DNA of 64,000 nucleotides. Source: Candidatus Obscuribacterales bacterium. GTDB lineage: Bacteria > Cyanobacteriota > Vampirovibrionia > Obscuribacterales > Obscuribacteraceae. Positions 19,855 to 28,203 of this stretch are shown here, piece by piece. Numbering within the stretch: position 1 is the first letter of the stretch; each line of letters starts with the position of its first letter. The stretch is taken from NCBI GenBank assembly GCA_965228855.1, contig CBDDIJ010000002.1:1952001-2016000 (forward strand), in the 5' to 3' direction. The notes under the pieces were generated by a model. That model had not been told where the DNA came from, ran no database searches, and saw nothing but the letters and a program-made list of their open reading frames with translations. The translations under genes were made by a program, and so were the position numbers.

Positions 19855-21234
19855 ATGATTCCCAACGCACCTGAAATTGGAAAGCTACTTTTCATAATCT
19901 TATTTTGGATTTGCGCAATCTTCCTTCCCGTCTGGCTTGTAGGCTGGGCTGTTGGAGTGATGCTTCCGATGGTGCTTGAGTCAATGTCCTCAGCTCCGGA
20001 GATGACGGTCGTGTGCGACACGTTGAGAGCGCTTACGCCAATCCTCTCCGTGATGGTTTTCATTCCGATCAACGCTATGTTCATGGTTCTCTACGAACGC
20101 CGTGCGCTGGCTCTCTTCACGGTGCGCATGGGACCAAACCGCGTCGGTCCAGACGGTCTTTTGCAAACCGCAGCAGACGCTGTGAAATTGCTATTTAAAG
20201 AAGACATCACTCCCCGCGGTGCCGATGCGTTTATGTTTACGCTCGCTCCCATCATCTTCTTTGCGCCTTCTATCTTCGGCGCCCTGCCGCTCCTGGCAGC
20301 TATCACCGACAACCACAACCTGTTCGCTATTACTAATCTGCCGACCGGTATGTTCTACATTCTGGCAGCCGCCTCAATTCCTGTGGTGGCGCTGGTGATG
20401 GCTGGATGGTCGAGCAATAACAAGTATTCGCTCGTGGGTGGATTGCGAGCCGCGGCGCAAGCCATCAGCTATGAAATCCCCCTTGTGCTCTCGCTCGTCA
20501 CTGTTTGCTTACTGGCTGGAACGCTTGATGTTGTTCAGATTGCAAAACAGCAAGATGGTGGGTTCCTGAACTGGAACATCCTCGGTGGTGGCGCTCTGCG
20601 TGGCGTAAACGCTGCGATTCAAACATCGCTTGCGGGCGGCAACGTTCAAGAAGTCTTAAACACGTTCTATCCAGCAGGCTTTCTGTCCGCCGTCAGTGCA
20701 GTGGTTCTAATCATTTGCGCTCACATTTTGCTCGGACTTTACCTGACCGGCGCCTGTGCTGAAATCAACCGAATTCCGTTTGACTTGCCTGAAGCAGAGT
20801 CAGAACTGGTTAGCGGGTACAACACCGAATATAGTGGCATCAAATTCGCTATCTTCTTCCTGGCAGAATTCACTAACTTGTTTATAGTGTCGAGCATCGC
20901 GACTGTGATGTTCCTCGGAGGCGGCGATAACCCAATCCCGCAGTGGGTTCTCGACAAGCTTCCGCTTGCGCCGATTCAGGCTGCGCTCAGCACCGCACTT
21001 GATCCGTTAATCAACACGCTTCACCTGATCAACCCTGATACATTCTGGGCCGCAATATGGGTGATCGCAAAGGTTTATACCCTCGTATTTGTTGCAATCT
21101 TGATCCGCGGCACCTTGCCACGCTTCCGTATCGACCAATTGATGGACTTCGGTTGGAAACGGCTTGTGCCTTTATCTCTGATTGCATTCTTCCTCGTTAT
21201 ATTCGCTCGCGTTCTGGTGGTATGTCATGGGTAG
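19855..21234 (+). CDS. nuoH: NADH-quinone oxidoreductase subunit H
   Basis: RMGPNRVGPDGLLQTAADAVKLLFKE, GWSSNNKYSLVGGLRAAAQAISYE, RIPFDLPEAESELVSGYNTEYSG and PRFRIDQLM. Confidence 0.96.
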   Translation: MIPNAPEIGKLLFIILFWICAIFLPVWLVGWAVGVMLPMVLESMSSAPEMTVVCDTLRALTPILSVMVFIPINAMFMVLYERRALALFTVRMGPNRVGPDGLLQTAADAVKLLFKEDITPRGADAFMFTLAPIIFFAPSIFGALPLLAAITDNHNLFAITNLPTGMFYILAAASIPVVALVMAGWSSNNKYSLVGGLRAAAQAISYEIPLVLSLVTVCLLAGTLDVVQIAKQQDGGFLNWNILGGGALRGVNAAIQTSLAGGNVQEVLNTFYPAGFLSAVSAVVLIICAHILLGLYLTGACAEINRIPFDLPEAESELVSGYNTEYSGIKFAIFFLAEFTNLFIVSSIATVMFLGGGDNPIPQWVLDKLPLAPIQAALSTALDPLINTLHLINPDTFWAAIWVIAKVYTLVFVAILIRGTLPRFRIDQLMDFGWKRLVPLSLIAFFLVIFARVLVVCHG

Positions 21235-22075
21235 CAATTTGATCGGTAGAGCTTTTAGCAGTTTCGCTCGCATCGGCGAGGGTTTGAGAACAGTTCTCAT
21301 GCACTCGTTCCGCGAGCCAATCACCAAGACCTATCCCGACGCGGTTTCGCAATTGCCGCCGCACTTCCGCGGTCGGCTCGGGCTTAACGTCAATCCTGAC
21401 ACGGGCGAGCACCTCTGCATCTCATGCCGTCAGTGTGAGCGCGTCTGCCCTGACAAGTGTATTGAGATTACAGCGCACAAGAGTCCTGATACCAATAAGT
21501 TGGAACTCATCGATTTCAAAATCGATCATGGTCTGTGCATGTTCTGCGGTTTGTGTACTGAGGTATGCCCGACTCAGTGCATCATTAACACCAATGACTT
21601 CGAGATGGCAGATTACACGCGCGAATCGCTGGTGTATGACATCAAGCGATTAACTCTGACGCAAGAAGAATCCGGATATTACTTCGAGCAAAAAGAATTA
21701 CCGAAGCCGAAACCGAAGCCGCCGAAACCGGCTCCGGGCGCTGCTCCTGCAGCACCTGCCGGTGCCAAGGCTGCTGCTCCTGCAGCTGGCGCTGCTGCGC
21801 CGGCTGGCGCGAAAGCCGCTCCAGCTGCTGCCGCTAAACCTGCTGCTGACGCTTCTGCTCCAGCTGCTGATGCTGCTGCAAAACCGGCTGCTGAAGCTGC
21901 GAAGCCAGCGGAAACGAAACCTGAAGCTGAAGCGAAACCCGCTGAAAGCAAACCTGAAGCTCCCGCTGCAAAGCCGGAAACCGCAGAGAAACCCGCTGAG
22001 GCAAAACCGGAAGCGGCAGAGAAGAAAGAAGAAAAAGCCGACACTAAGACTGAAGGCGAAAGCAAGGAAGGTTAA
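21227..22075 (+). CDS. nuoI: NADH-quinone oxidoreductase subunit I with an Ala/Pro/Lys/Glu-rich C-terminal extension
   Basis: Two 4Fe-4S motifs, CISCRQCERVCP and CMFCGLCTEVCP. ATG 21227 overlaps the end of nuoH. Confidence 0.93.
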   Translation: MGSNLIGRAFSSFARIGEGLRTVLMHSFREPITKTYPDAVSQLPPHFRGRLGLNVNPDTGEHLCISCRQCERVCPDKCIEITAHKSPDTNKLELIDFKIDHGLCMFCGLCTEVCPTQCIINTNDFEMADYTRESLVYDIKRLTLTQEESGYYFEQKELPKPKPKPPKPAPGAAPAAPAGAKAAAPAAGAAAPAGAKAAPAAAAKPAADASAPAADAAAKPAAEAAKPAETKPEAEAKPAESKPEAPAAKPETAEKPAEAKPEAAEKKEEKADTKTEGESKEG

Positions 22076-22080
22076 CGAGC

Positions 22081-22695
22081 ATGGACCAGTACATGATCCT
22101 CAAAGAATACGTTGCCTCGTCATCTGTCGAGACAGCCGTTTTTTACGCAATCGCGATTCTCGCCATAGCGCTTTCGGTCGGTGTTATCTCTGATCGAAAC
22201 GTCATCCGAAGCGGCTTTCTGTTAATCGGTGTTTTTGGTGCCATCTCCGGTCTCTTTCTATTGCTCCAGGCTCAATTCCTCGCGCTGGCGCAAGTCATGA
22301 TCTACGCTGTCGGGATCACTCTCGTGGTAGTAATCGCTCTGATGTTGACCAACCCTAAATCGGAAAAGGACAGCAGCTACGAAGAGAACGCTCCCGCGAA
22401 TCAAGGCGGTTCGATGCTCGGACAACTTCTGAAAGCTAACGGAGCGCTTCCGGCCCTGGTTGGCGTACTCTCATTTTTCACAATCTATGTTGCGATCCGT
22501 TCCGAAAGTTGGGTTTCAACTCAAGAACCAGTCGCTGCGGATAACGTTCGCGTACTTGGTGAGGCGCTCACGACTAAGTATTCGCTACCTTTTGAATTCG
22601 CTTCTGTCCTTCTTTTGGCCGCTCTGATTGGAGCGATTATGCTTGCGAAGGGCGATCCGAAGGTTTCACCTACCGATTCGCCAGTGGAAGAGTAG
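22081..22695 (+). CDS. nuoJ: NADH-quinone oxidoreductase subunit J
   Basis: AQFLALAQVMIYAVGI and YSLPFEFASVLLLAALIGA. Confidence 0.92.
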   Translation: MDQYMILKEYVASSSVETAVFYAIAILAIALSVGVISDRNVIRSGFLLIGVFGAISGLFLLLQAQFLALAQVMIYAVGITLVVVIALMLTNPKSEKDSSYEENAPANQGGSMLGQLLKANGALPALVGVLSFFTIYVAIRSESWVSTQEPVAADNVRVLGEALTTKYSLPFEFASVLLLAALIGAIMLAKGDPKVSPTDSPVEE

Positions 22696-22736
22696 TTCTC
22701 GAGCTTCTAGTAGACAAGAAATTCCGGAGTAATCAA

Positions 22737-23297
22737 ATGTCAGGTTTCACTAACTCTCAGATCTTCAAAGATGTGCTCTATTCCGGGCTTATCTTCGTTG
22801 CTGTCTGCGCCTTCCTCGGAACGTTCGGTAACCCGGCGACTGCGGATTGGATCCTCAATTATTCGATCGACCTCTACATGTTTATTGCGATAATCCTTGC
22901 CGGTCTTGGTTTTCTCGCCTGGGGAGCGCGATCTTCGACTGTCATCGCCAGTGGTGCTATCGGTTCCTTTATCGTATTCACTGCGACGCAGGACATGCTT
23001 GTCAGATACCTCTCGTTAAGCGCCTTGCTTTTTGCGATTGGAATGTATGGAATGGTGCGCTCTAGAAACGCCGTGCGTGTTCTTATGTCGATTGAATTGA
23101 TGCTGAACGCAGTCAACATCAACCTGATCGCATTCTCTCGCTACATCGACCCGTCTGAAGTTAAGGGTCAACTCTTTGCGATCTTCATTCTCACGGTTGC
23201 GGCCGCCGAGGCTGCGGTGGGTCTTGCAATCGTTCTTTCCGTTTACAGAAATATGTCGACGATCGACATGAACAAATTCAATTTGTTGAAGTGGTAG
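22737..23297 (+). CDS. nuoK: NADH-quinone oxidoreductase subunit K with an N-terminal hydrophobic extension
   Basis: RNAVRVLMSIELMLNAVNIN, GQLFAIF, VAAAEAAVGLAI and C-terminal NLLKW. Confidence 0.9.
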   Translation: MSGFTNSQIFKDVLYSGLIFVAVCAFLGTFGNPATADWILNYSIDLYMFIAIILAGLGFLAWGARSSTVIASGAIGSFIVFTATQDMLVRYLSLSALLFAIGMYGMVRSRNAVRVLMSIELMLNAVNINLIAFSRYIDPSEVKGQLFAIFILTVAAAEAAVGLAIVLSVYRNMSTIDMNKFNLLKW

Positions 23298-23320
23298 AAA
23301 GTCGGTTGAAGGTTTTGAAA

Positions 23321-23359
23321 CGCTTAGAAAAACGGCTGTAACGCCCCGTTTTCTGAGCG
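23321..23359 (+). terminator. Hairpin ending the nuo operon
   Basis: CGCTTAGAAAAACGG...CCGTTTTCTGAGCG long stem just after nuoK; no clear U-tract. Confidence 0.5.
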
Positions 23360-23447
23360 ATCAGCGAATTATTATACTTTCGCCAAACCTTCGCATTCTG
23401 CAGAGTGACACTAATTTAGTGGTATGAGAGTGGCACGATAAAATCAA

Positions 23448-23463
23448 TCACCCATCTGGGGGA
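23448..23463. promoter_or_regulatory. Candidate NarL/LuxR-family operator
   Basis: TCACCC-ATCT-GGGGGA, an imperfect 6-4-6 palindrome resembling the sites at 28142 and 28164. Confidence 0.4.
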
Positions 23464-23599
23464 TTCTTTGATGCTTAGATCATAACTAAACTAAATACAG
23501 CTCCTTTCGGTGCCTCGGGTGTCTCCTGGTTAACCCCAGTTCGGCAGAATCAATACAGCAGCAACGCCCGCCGTTGCTAGCAGTAACACGGAGTTTTGT

Positions 23600-24307
23600 A
23601 TGAGTCGCAAGCTCAAATTACTAATCGCGGAGGATCATCAGATCCTGCGCATCGGTCTTCGCCTGTTGATGACCGAATGGAGCGATGTCGAGCTGGTCGG
23701 AGAAGCCTCCACCGGCTACGAGGCAATTGAAATTGCCAGTGAGACGCATCCGGACCTGGTAATCATGGACCTCGGCATGCCTCTTCTAGATGGGATCGAA
23801 GCTTGCAAAGTTATCAAAAAGGACCACCCGCAAACCAAAGTGATCGTTCTTACCTCGCATACGGACAGCAGAGATATTTCTGCTGCGCTTTCTGCGGGAG
23901 CGACCGGCTATTGTCTTAAAGACGTCGATAGCGATCGTTTAAAAACGGCCATTCAGTCCGTCGCGAGCGGGGACGTGTGGCTTGATTCAAGGGTAGCAGC
24001 TCAGATCATGTCAACTAAAGTGAAACCATCAGATCCTATTCAACCAAACACCACACCAAGTCAACCCGCGGGAAGCGAACCTGTTCAACCCTCGTCCGTT
24101 CCGGAGATTGAGGCAGATGTTCTCTCTCCGCGGGAACTTGAAGTTCTGGCATTACTTGTCGAAGGTTTATCCAACAAGAAAATCGCCGAGCGCTTATTCA
24201 TAAGTCCTGACACCGTCAAGACTCACATTCGCCACATCATGGAGAAGCTGGCTGCTGCTGATCGCACGGATGCTGCAGTGAAAGCAGTGCGTAACAAACT
24301 GGTCTGA
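23600..24307 (+). CDS. NarL/FixJ-family response regulator
   Basis: Receiver (LIAEDH, MDLGMP, YCLK) plus LuxR HTH (LSPRELEVL...SNKKIAERLFISPDTVKTHIRHIMEKL). Confidence 0.93.
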   Translation: MSRKLKLLIAEDHQILRIGLRLLMTEWSDVELVGEASTGYEAIEIASETHPDLVIMDLGMPLLDGIEACKVIKKDHPQTKVIVLTSHTDSRDISAALSAGATGYCLKDVDSDRLKTAIQSVASGDVWLDSRVAAQIMSTKVKPSDPIQPNTTPSQPAGSEPVQPSSVPEIEADVLSPRELEVLALLVEGLSNKKIAERLFISPDTVKTHIRHIMEKLAAADRTDAAVKAVRNKLV

Positions 24308-25873
24308 CTATCCGCGACTAATCGACACGGGGAGTCGAACAGTGAATGTGGTCAGGTCTGGATTGCTCCTGCACGCTATAGTGCCGTTAAGGACATTCAT
24401 AATCTGTTGGCAGTAGTATAGGCCCAGCCCGCTGGTCGCCACGTAGCTTTTGCCGGGGGTCCCTCTCCAGAATTTTCTGAAGAGATCTCTCTTGTCTTCT
24501 TGTGCGATGTAATGTCCAGGATTCGAAATTTTGATTGAAACACGCGTGTCGCTTGATTCAATACGCACGGAGATGGTGTCACCTGTAGTGGCAAACTTTA
24601 CCGCATTAGAAATCAGCTCGTCGATAACTTCACGTAATAATCCCGGGTCCGTGTGTAGGCTGGGCTCCACTTCGGATCGGAAGATTTCTACTTTTAGTTC
24701 CTTCTTCTGAATATCATTCTGCCGTTCTGCGATAACTGCGTTGACGATTTCCAGTGGGTTGGTAAGACGCCATTCTGCATCGACGGAGCCGAATTCGACC
24801 CTATATAGATTGAGCAATTTGTTCAAACGATTCAGCAAGACTTTGTTTGAATCGTTGAGAACCAAGATGGCGTTTCTCAGCTCCGCAGTCAATTCTCCTA
24901 CGTTGCCGGCTAAAATATGCTCGAGGATTCTATCTGCACCTTGAACGGGAACGCGTAGATCGTGAGCCAGAGCGCTGTGGAAATCTTCGATCGCTCGCAG
25001 TCTCAAAACCGACTTTTCCGCGCGAAATCGAGCGATTGAATATCGAATGCAGCGCGTTAGGGCATCCGGCGAAATACGTCCTTTAACTAAGTAGTCCTGT
25101 GCTCCACATGCGACAGACTCATCAGCAAGCGGCGTGTCATCGAGAGCAGTCAGTATGAGGATTGGCACCTCCGGTGCCAGATCGTGCACCGCGTGAAACG
25201 TTTTGATCCCCTCGCTGTCTGGTAAGGCCAGGTCTAGCAAAATAATGTCTGGTTCGCAGTCGTTCAGAAACTTTGCTGCTTCACCGAGAGATCGTGCGCT
25301 TAGAATTCCCTTGTTGAAATGTTCGTCGCTGGAGAGGACGGACTGAATGATACTGATGAAAAATGGATCGTCCTCGATGAGGAGTACAAGCTGCCCGCTA
25401 TTTTCCCGAAGTTTCTCGACCTCGTCGAGTTCCGCAGCGGTAGCGTTTGTTAGCAGTCTCACCGTCGAGTCCGACGTTTCCAGCCGATGTTCTAAAACAT
25501 TTGTGTCGGCGGCTCCGCAGGAACTGCGACAAAGTGTGATCGAAGACTTCAGGCTTGTTAACGCCAATTGATCCTCTAGAAGATTTCGCTGCTGGACTAA
25601 CTTTAACTGATCTTCAAGAACGGCGAATGATGCCGAAACCATGCTCAATCCAAGCGTTCCGGCTGTCCCCTTGATACGATGAGCAAGTATGATCGATTCA
25701 GTGACGCGTTCCTTTTGGGAGTTGCGATCCGGCACTCTAAGAAGATCTTCAATCGTATCGATCGATTCGGGAAGTGACTGTAAAAATGATTCTGCAAGTT
25801 CACCCAGCTCTTCTACGAGGCTTGGCGGTAGGACTTTGGCCGTCTCTCCTGAATCTGTTTTAAAACCTGACAT
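24308..25873 (-). CDS. Cytoplasmic hybrid histidine kinase, Hpt-REC-HisKA-HATPase
   Basis: Hpt AHRIKGTAGTLG; REC LLIEDD/LLDLALPD; H-box AHDLRVPV; N-box LISNAVKF; G-box SGLGLY. ATG 25873 follows AGGAG (ORF track starts at 25900). Confidence 0.85.
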   Translation of the reverse strand: MSGFKTDSGETAKVLPPSLVEELGELAESFLQSLPESIDTIEDLLRVPDRNSQKERVTESIILAHRIKGTAGTLGLSMVSASFAVLEDQLKLVQQRNLLEDQLALTSLKSSITLCRSSCGAADTNVLEHRLETSDSTVRLLTNATAAELDEVEKLRENSGQLVLLIEDDPFFISIIQSVLSSDEHFNKGILSARSLGEAAKFLNDCEPDIILLDLALPDSEGIKTFHAVHDLAPEVPILILTALDDTPLADESVACGAQDYLVKGRISPDALTRCIRYSIARFRAEKSVLRLRAIEDFHSALAHDLRVPVQGADRILEHILAGNVGELTAELRNAILVLNDSNKVLLNRLNKLLNLYRVEFGSVDAEWRLTNPLEIVNAVIAERQNDIQKKELKVEIFRSEVEPSLHTDPGLLREVIDELISNAVKFATTGDTISVRIESSDTRVSIKISNPGHYIAQEDKRDLFRKFWRGTPGKSYVATSGLGLYYCQQIMNVLNGTIACRSNPDLTTFTVRLPVSISRG

Positions 25874-25903
25874 GAATTCTCCTGTTGTCATTGCTAACAT
25901 TTG

Positions 25904-26362
25904 CTAACGCATGACTTCCTGAGCGGCCTCATTGAGAGCACCATTGGCGGTGCTAGTTAGAAGACGATTACGAAGTCTATTTGTTTCGAACGTATCCACC
26001 AGGAGTTGGATTTCGTCGGTTAGCGTAGCTGGGTCAAATGGTTTTTGAATTAGCCCGGCTACGCCCATAGCTGTATAGTATTCACTTACCTCCGTCAGTA
26101 CCTTCGCTGACATCATTATTACCGGAATTTCTTCGGAAAGCCCCTGATTTCGCAGAGCCTTCATTGTTGTCGGACCGTCAGAATCAGGCATCATGATATC
26201 GAGTATGACAAGGTCAGGCTTGATCCTCTTCGTGTATTCGAGCGCTTCCTTGACGTTTGTACAATATTCTACGTCCCAGTCTGCCATTTTTTCGAGCACA
26301 AGTTTGACCATCTTGCCGATGATTCGGTCGTCGTCTACGTGCAGAACTGTCTTAATTTTCAT
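25904..26362 (-). CDS. Single-domain response regulator
   Basis: LHVDDD, LDIMMPDSDG, MMSA and IQKPF. Confidence 0.9.
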   Translation of the reverse strand: MKIKTVLHVDDDRIIGKMVKLVLEKMADWDVEYCTNVKEALEYTKRIKPDLVILDIMMPDSDGPTTMKALRNQGLSEEIPVIMMSAKVLTEVSEYYTAMGVAGLIQKPFDPATLTDEIQLLVDTFETNRLRNRLLTSTANGALNEAAQEVMR

Positions 26363-26369
26363 GACTATT

Positions 26370-28061
26370 TTAAATTACACACATCGCCAGCGCGTGCTTC
26401 AATTCGTGCATGGTTTGAAAGCGCTTGGCTGGATCTTTGTCGAGACATTTAAGCACCACCGATTCGAGAACCGGAGGTACTTGAACTTTGGGATTCACGT
26501 GTTTGAACGAGTCAGCCTTAGTGTAAATCTGGTGATACATGACCTCCGGTGCAGATTGCGCCTGAAAAACCGTTTCACCTGTTAGCACTTGGTACATCAA
26601 ACAGCCCATTGAATAAATATCGGAGCGATTGTCGAGCCGGAGACCGCGGCATTGCTCGGGGCTCATAAACGCCGGAGAGCCAAAGATTTCTCCGGGAACG
26701 GTCATGACTATGTTGTTGTCGCCGGTAACTTTTGCCAAACCAAAGTCGAGCACTTTTACCTTTGAACCCTTTTGTCCCTGGTTCAAAATGTGAACGTTGC
26801 CGGGTTTTAAATCTCGATGAATAATTCCTGCTTCGTGCGCGACAGCAACTCCCTCGCAGACCTCCATGAAGATTGGAAGTGCCTGCCGGTAGTCGAGCAT
26901 TCCGTTTTCTCTGATCATGGAGACGAGGCTCTTTCCGTCAAGATAGTCCATCACCATGTAGAAGGTGCCTTCCCCGGTCATACCAAAATCAATTACCGAC
27001 ACCAGATTAGGATGATCCAGCGAGGCTATAGCGATGGCTTCCTGTCTAAATCTCGCGACCAGATCGCCGCTTTGAGCCAGGTCCGAGTGCAGGATTTTTA
27101 CGGCGACAACTTTTTCCGTGTAGCGGTGCCTTGCCTTATAAACGGCGCCATTACCGCCGGTGCCGAGAAGCGAAAGAATGAGATACCGATCCGTCAATTG
27201 CGTGCCAATTAAAGGGTCGGCGATCAGGCCTGCGCCATCATCCGGACAGCTGTCCTGCCCGTCAACACGGGAGCGGCAACGTGTGCAGATCATCGCCACT
27301 TCGAACTGATTGCTGCTCTGTGCCGCTTTTGACATATACCGCGACGTCGATGATTGCCCTTTGGCGGTTCGGCGTAAAATCGCTGTAGTCAGATCGTGTA
27401 CTTTGACGAATGGAAGGCACAGCTCGTGAGCGATTTCCTGTGTGCTCATCCCCGCTTTCACCATGACCATTATGCGCAGCTCCTGATCGGTCAGATTGTA
27501 GTCGGAGTGAGGCAAACGGGGAAACATCTGCGACGCGACGCTGTGCACGATAGAATCATCAATCCACGATGCTCCATGTGCCACTGAATATAGTGCAGTG
27601 AGCAAGTCGTCGGATTTCGTGTCTTTTAATAGAAAACCATCTGCGCCTGCTTCTAGCGCGGCAATAACCGAGCGCTCGTCCACATGGCTTGTGAGGATAA
27701 CAACCTTCTTGTTCGTACTCTGCTTGATTCTGCGAGTGGCCTCTATGCCGTCAATTCCAGGCAAGCCGATATCCATTATGACGATTTGCGCATCGGATTG
27801 ATTTGCCAGCGCTACTCCGTCAGTGCCAGTGCGCGCTTCTCCGACTATCTTAATTTGACCGCTACTCTCCAGTGACAATTTTACTGAAAGGCGAACCAGG
27901 TCGTGGTCCTCAATAATTAGCGCGGTCACTTTCGCTTGATTGTCATTTTGGACGGTTGAGTCGTACTTTTGTTGTAGCTGTTGAGCCATGTGTCTTTCCC
28001 TGAGTTCGTCGGCTGAGGAATCCATAACACTACTATCGCTTGGATTACCGAGCGGCGACAA
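26370..28061 (-). CDS. Receiver-HTH-zinc-ribbon-Ser/Thr kinase fusion
   Basis: REC (IIEDH, MDIGLPGIDG, FLLK), LuxR-like LTDQELRIM...STQEIAHEL, CTRC...CPDDG, then kinase motifs LGTGGNGAVY, VAVK, HRDLKPGN, DFG, MSPEQC and DIYSMG. Start uncertain. Confidence 0.88.
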   Translation of the reverse strand: MSPLGNPSDSSVMDSSADELRERHMAQQLQQKYDSTVQNDNQAKVTALIIEDHDLVRLSVKLSLESSGQIKIVGEARTGTDGVALANQSDAQIVIMDIGLPGIDGIEATRRIKQSTNKKVVILTSHVDERSVIAALEAGADGFLLKDTKSDDLLTALYSVAHGASWIDDSIVHSVASQMFPRLPHSDYNLTDQELRIMVMVKAGMSTQEIAHELCLPFVKVHDLTTAILRRTAKGQSSTSRYMSKAAQSSNQFEVAMICTRCRSRVDGQDSCPDDGAGLIADPLIGTQLTDRYLILSLLGTGGNGAVYKARHRYTEKVVAVKILHSDLAQSGDLVARFRQEAIAIASLDHPNLVSVIDFGMTGEGTFYMVMDYLDGKSLVSMIRENGMLDYRQALPIFMEVCEGVAVAHEAGIIHRDLKPGNVHILNQGQKGSKVKVLDFGLAKVTGDNNIVMTVPGEIFGSPAFMSPEQCRGLRLDNRSDIYSMGCLMYQVLTGETVFQAQSAPEVMYHQIYTKADSFKHVNPKVQVPPVLESVVLKCLDKDPAKRFQTMHELKHALAMCVI

Positions 28062-28141
28062 TTACCTAGTAGTTTGATTCGACAGCGTTTGAAGGATGAC
28101 TGTTTCGAGTGGAAAAGTCACTCAATCGGCGTTTCGATAGC

Positions 28142-28179
28142 TAATCCAGCAGGATTACTACGGTCATCCATTCGGGTGA
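28142..28179. promoter_or_regulatory. Tandem 6-4-6 palindromes, candidate NarL-family operators
   Basis: TAATCC-AGCA-GGATTA (28142-28157, perfect) and TCATCC-ATTC-GGGTGA (28164-28179), 22 bp apart. Confidence 0.5.
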
Positions 28180-28203
28180 TTTGATGGTGAACAGCCGAGA
28201 AAT

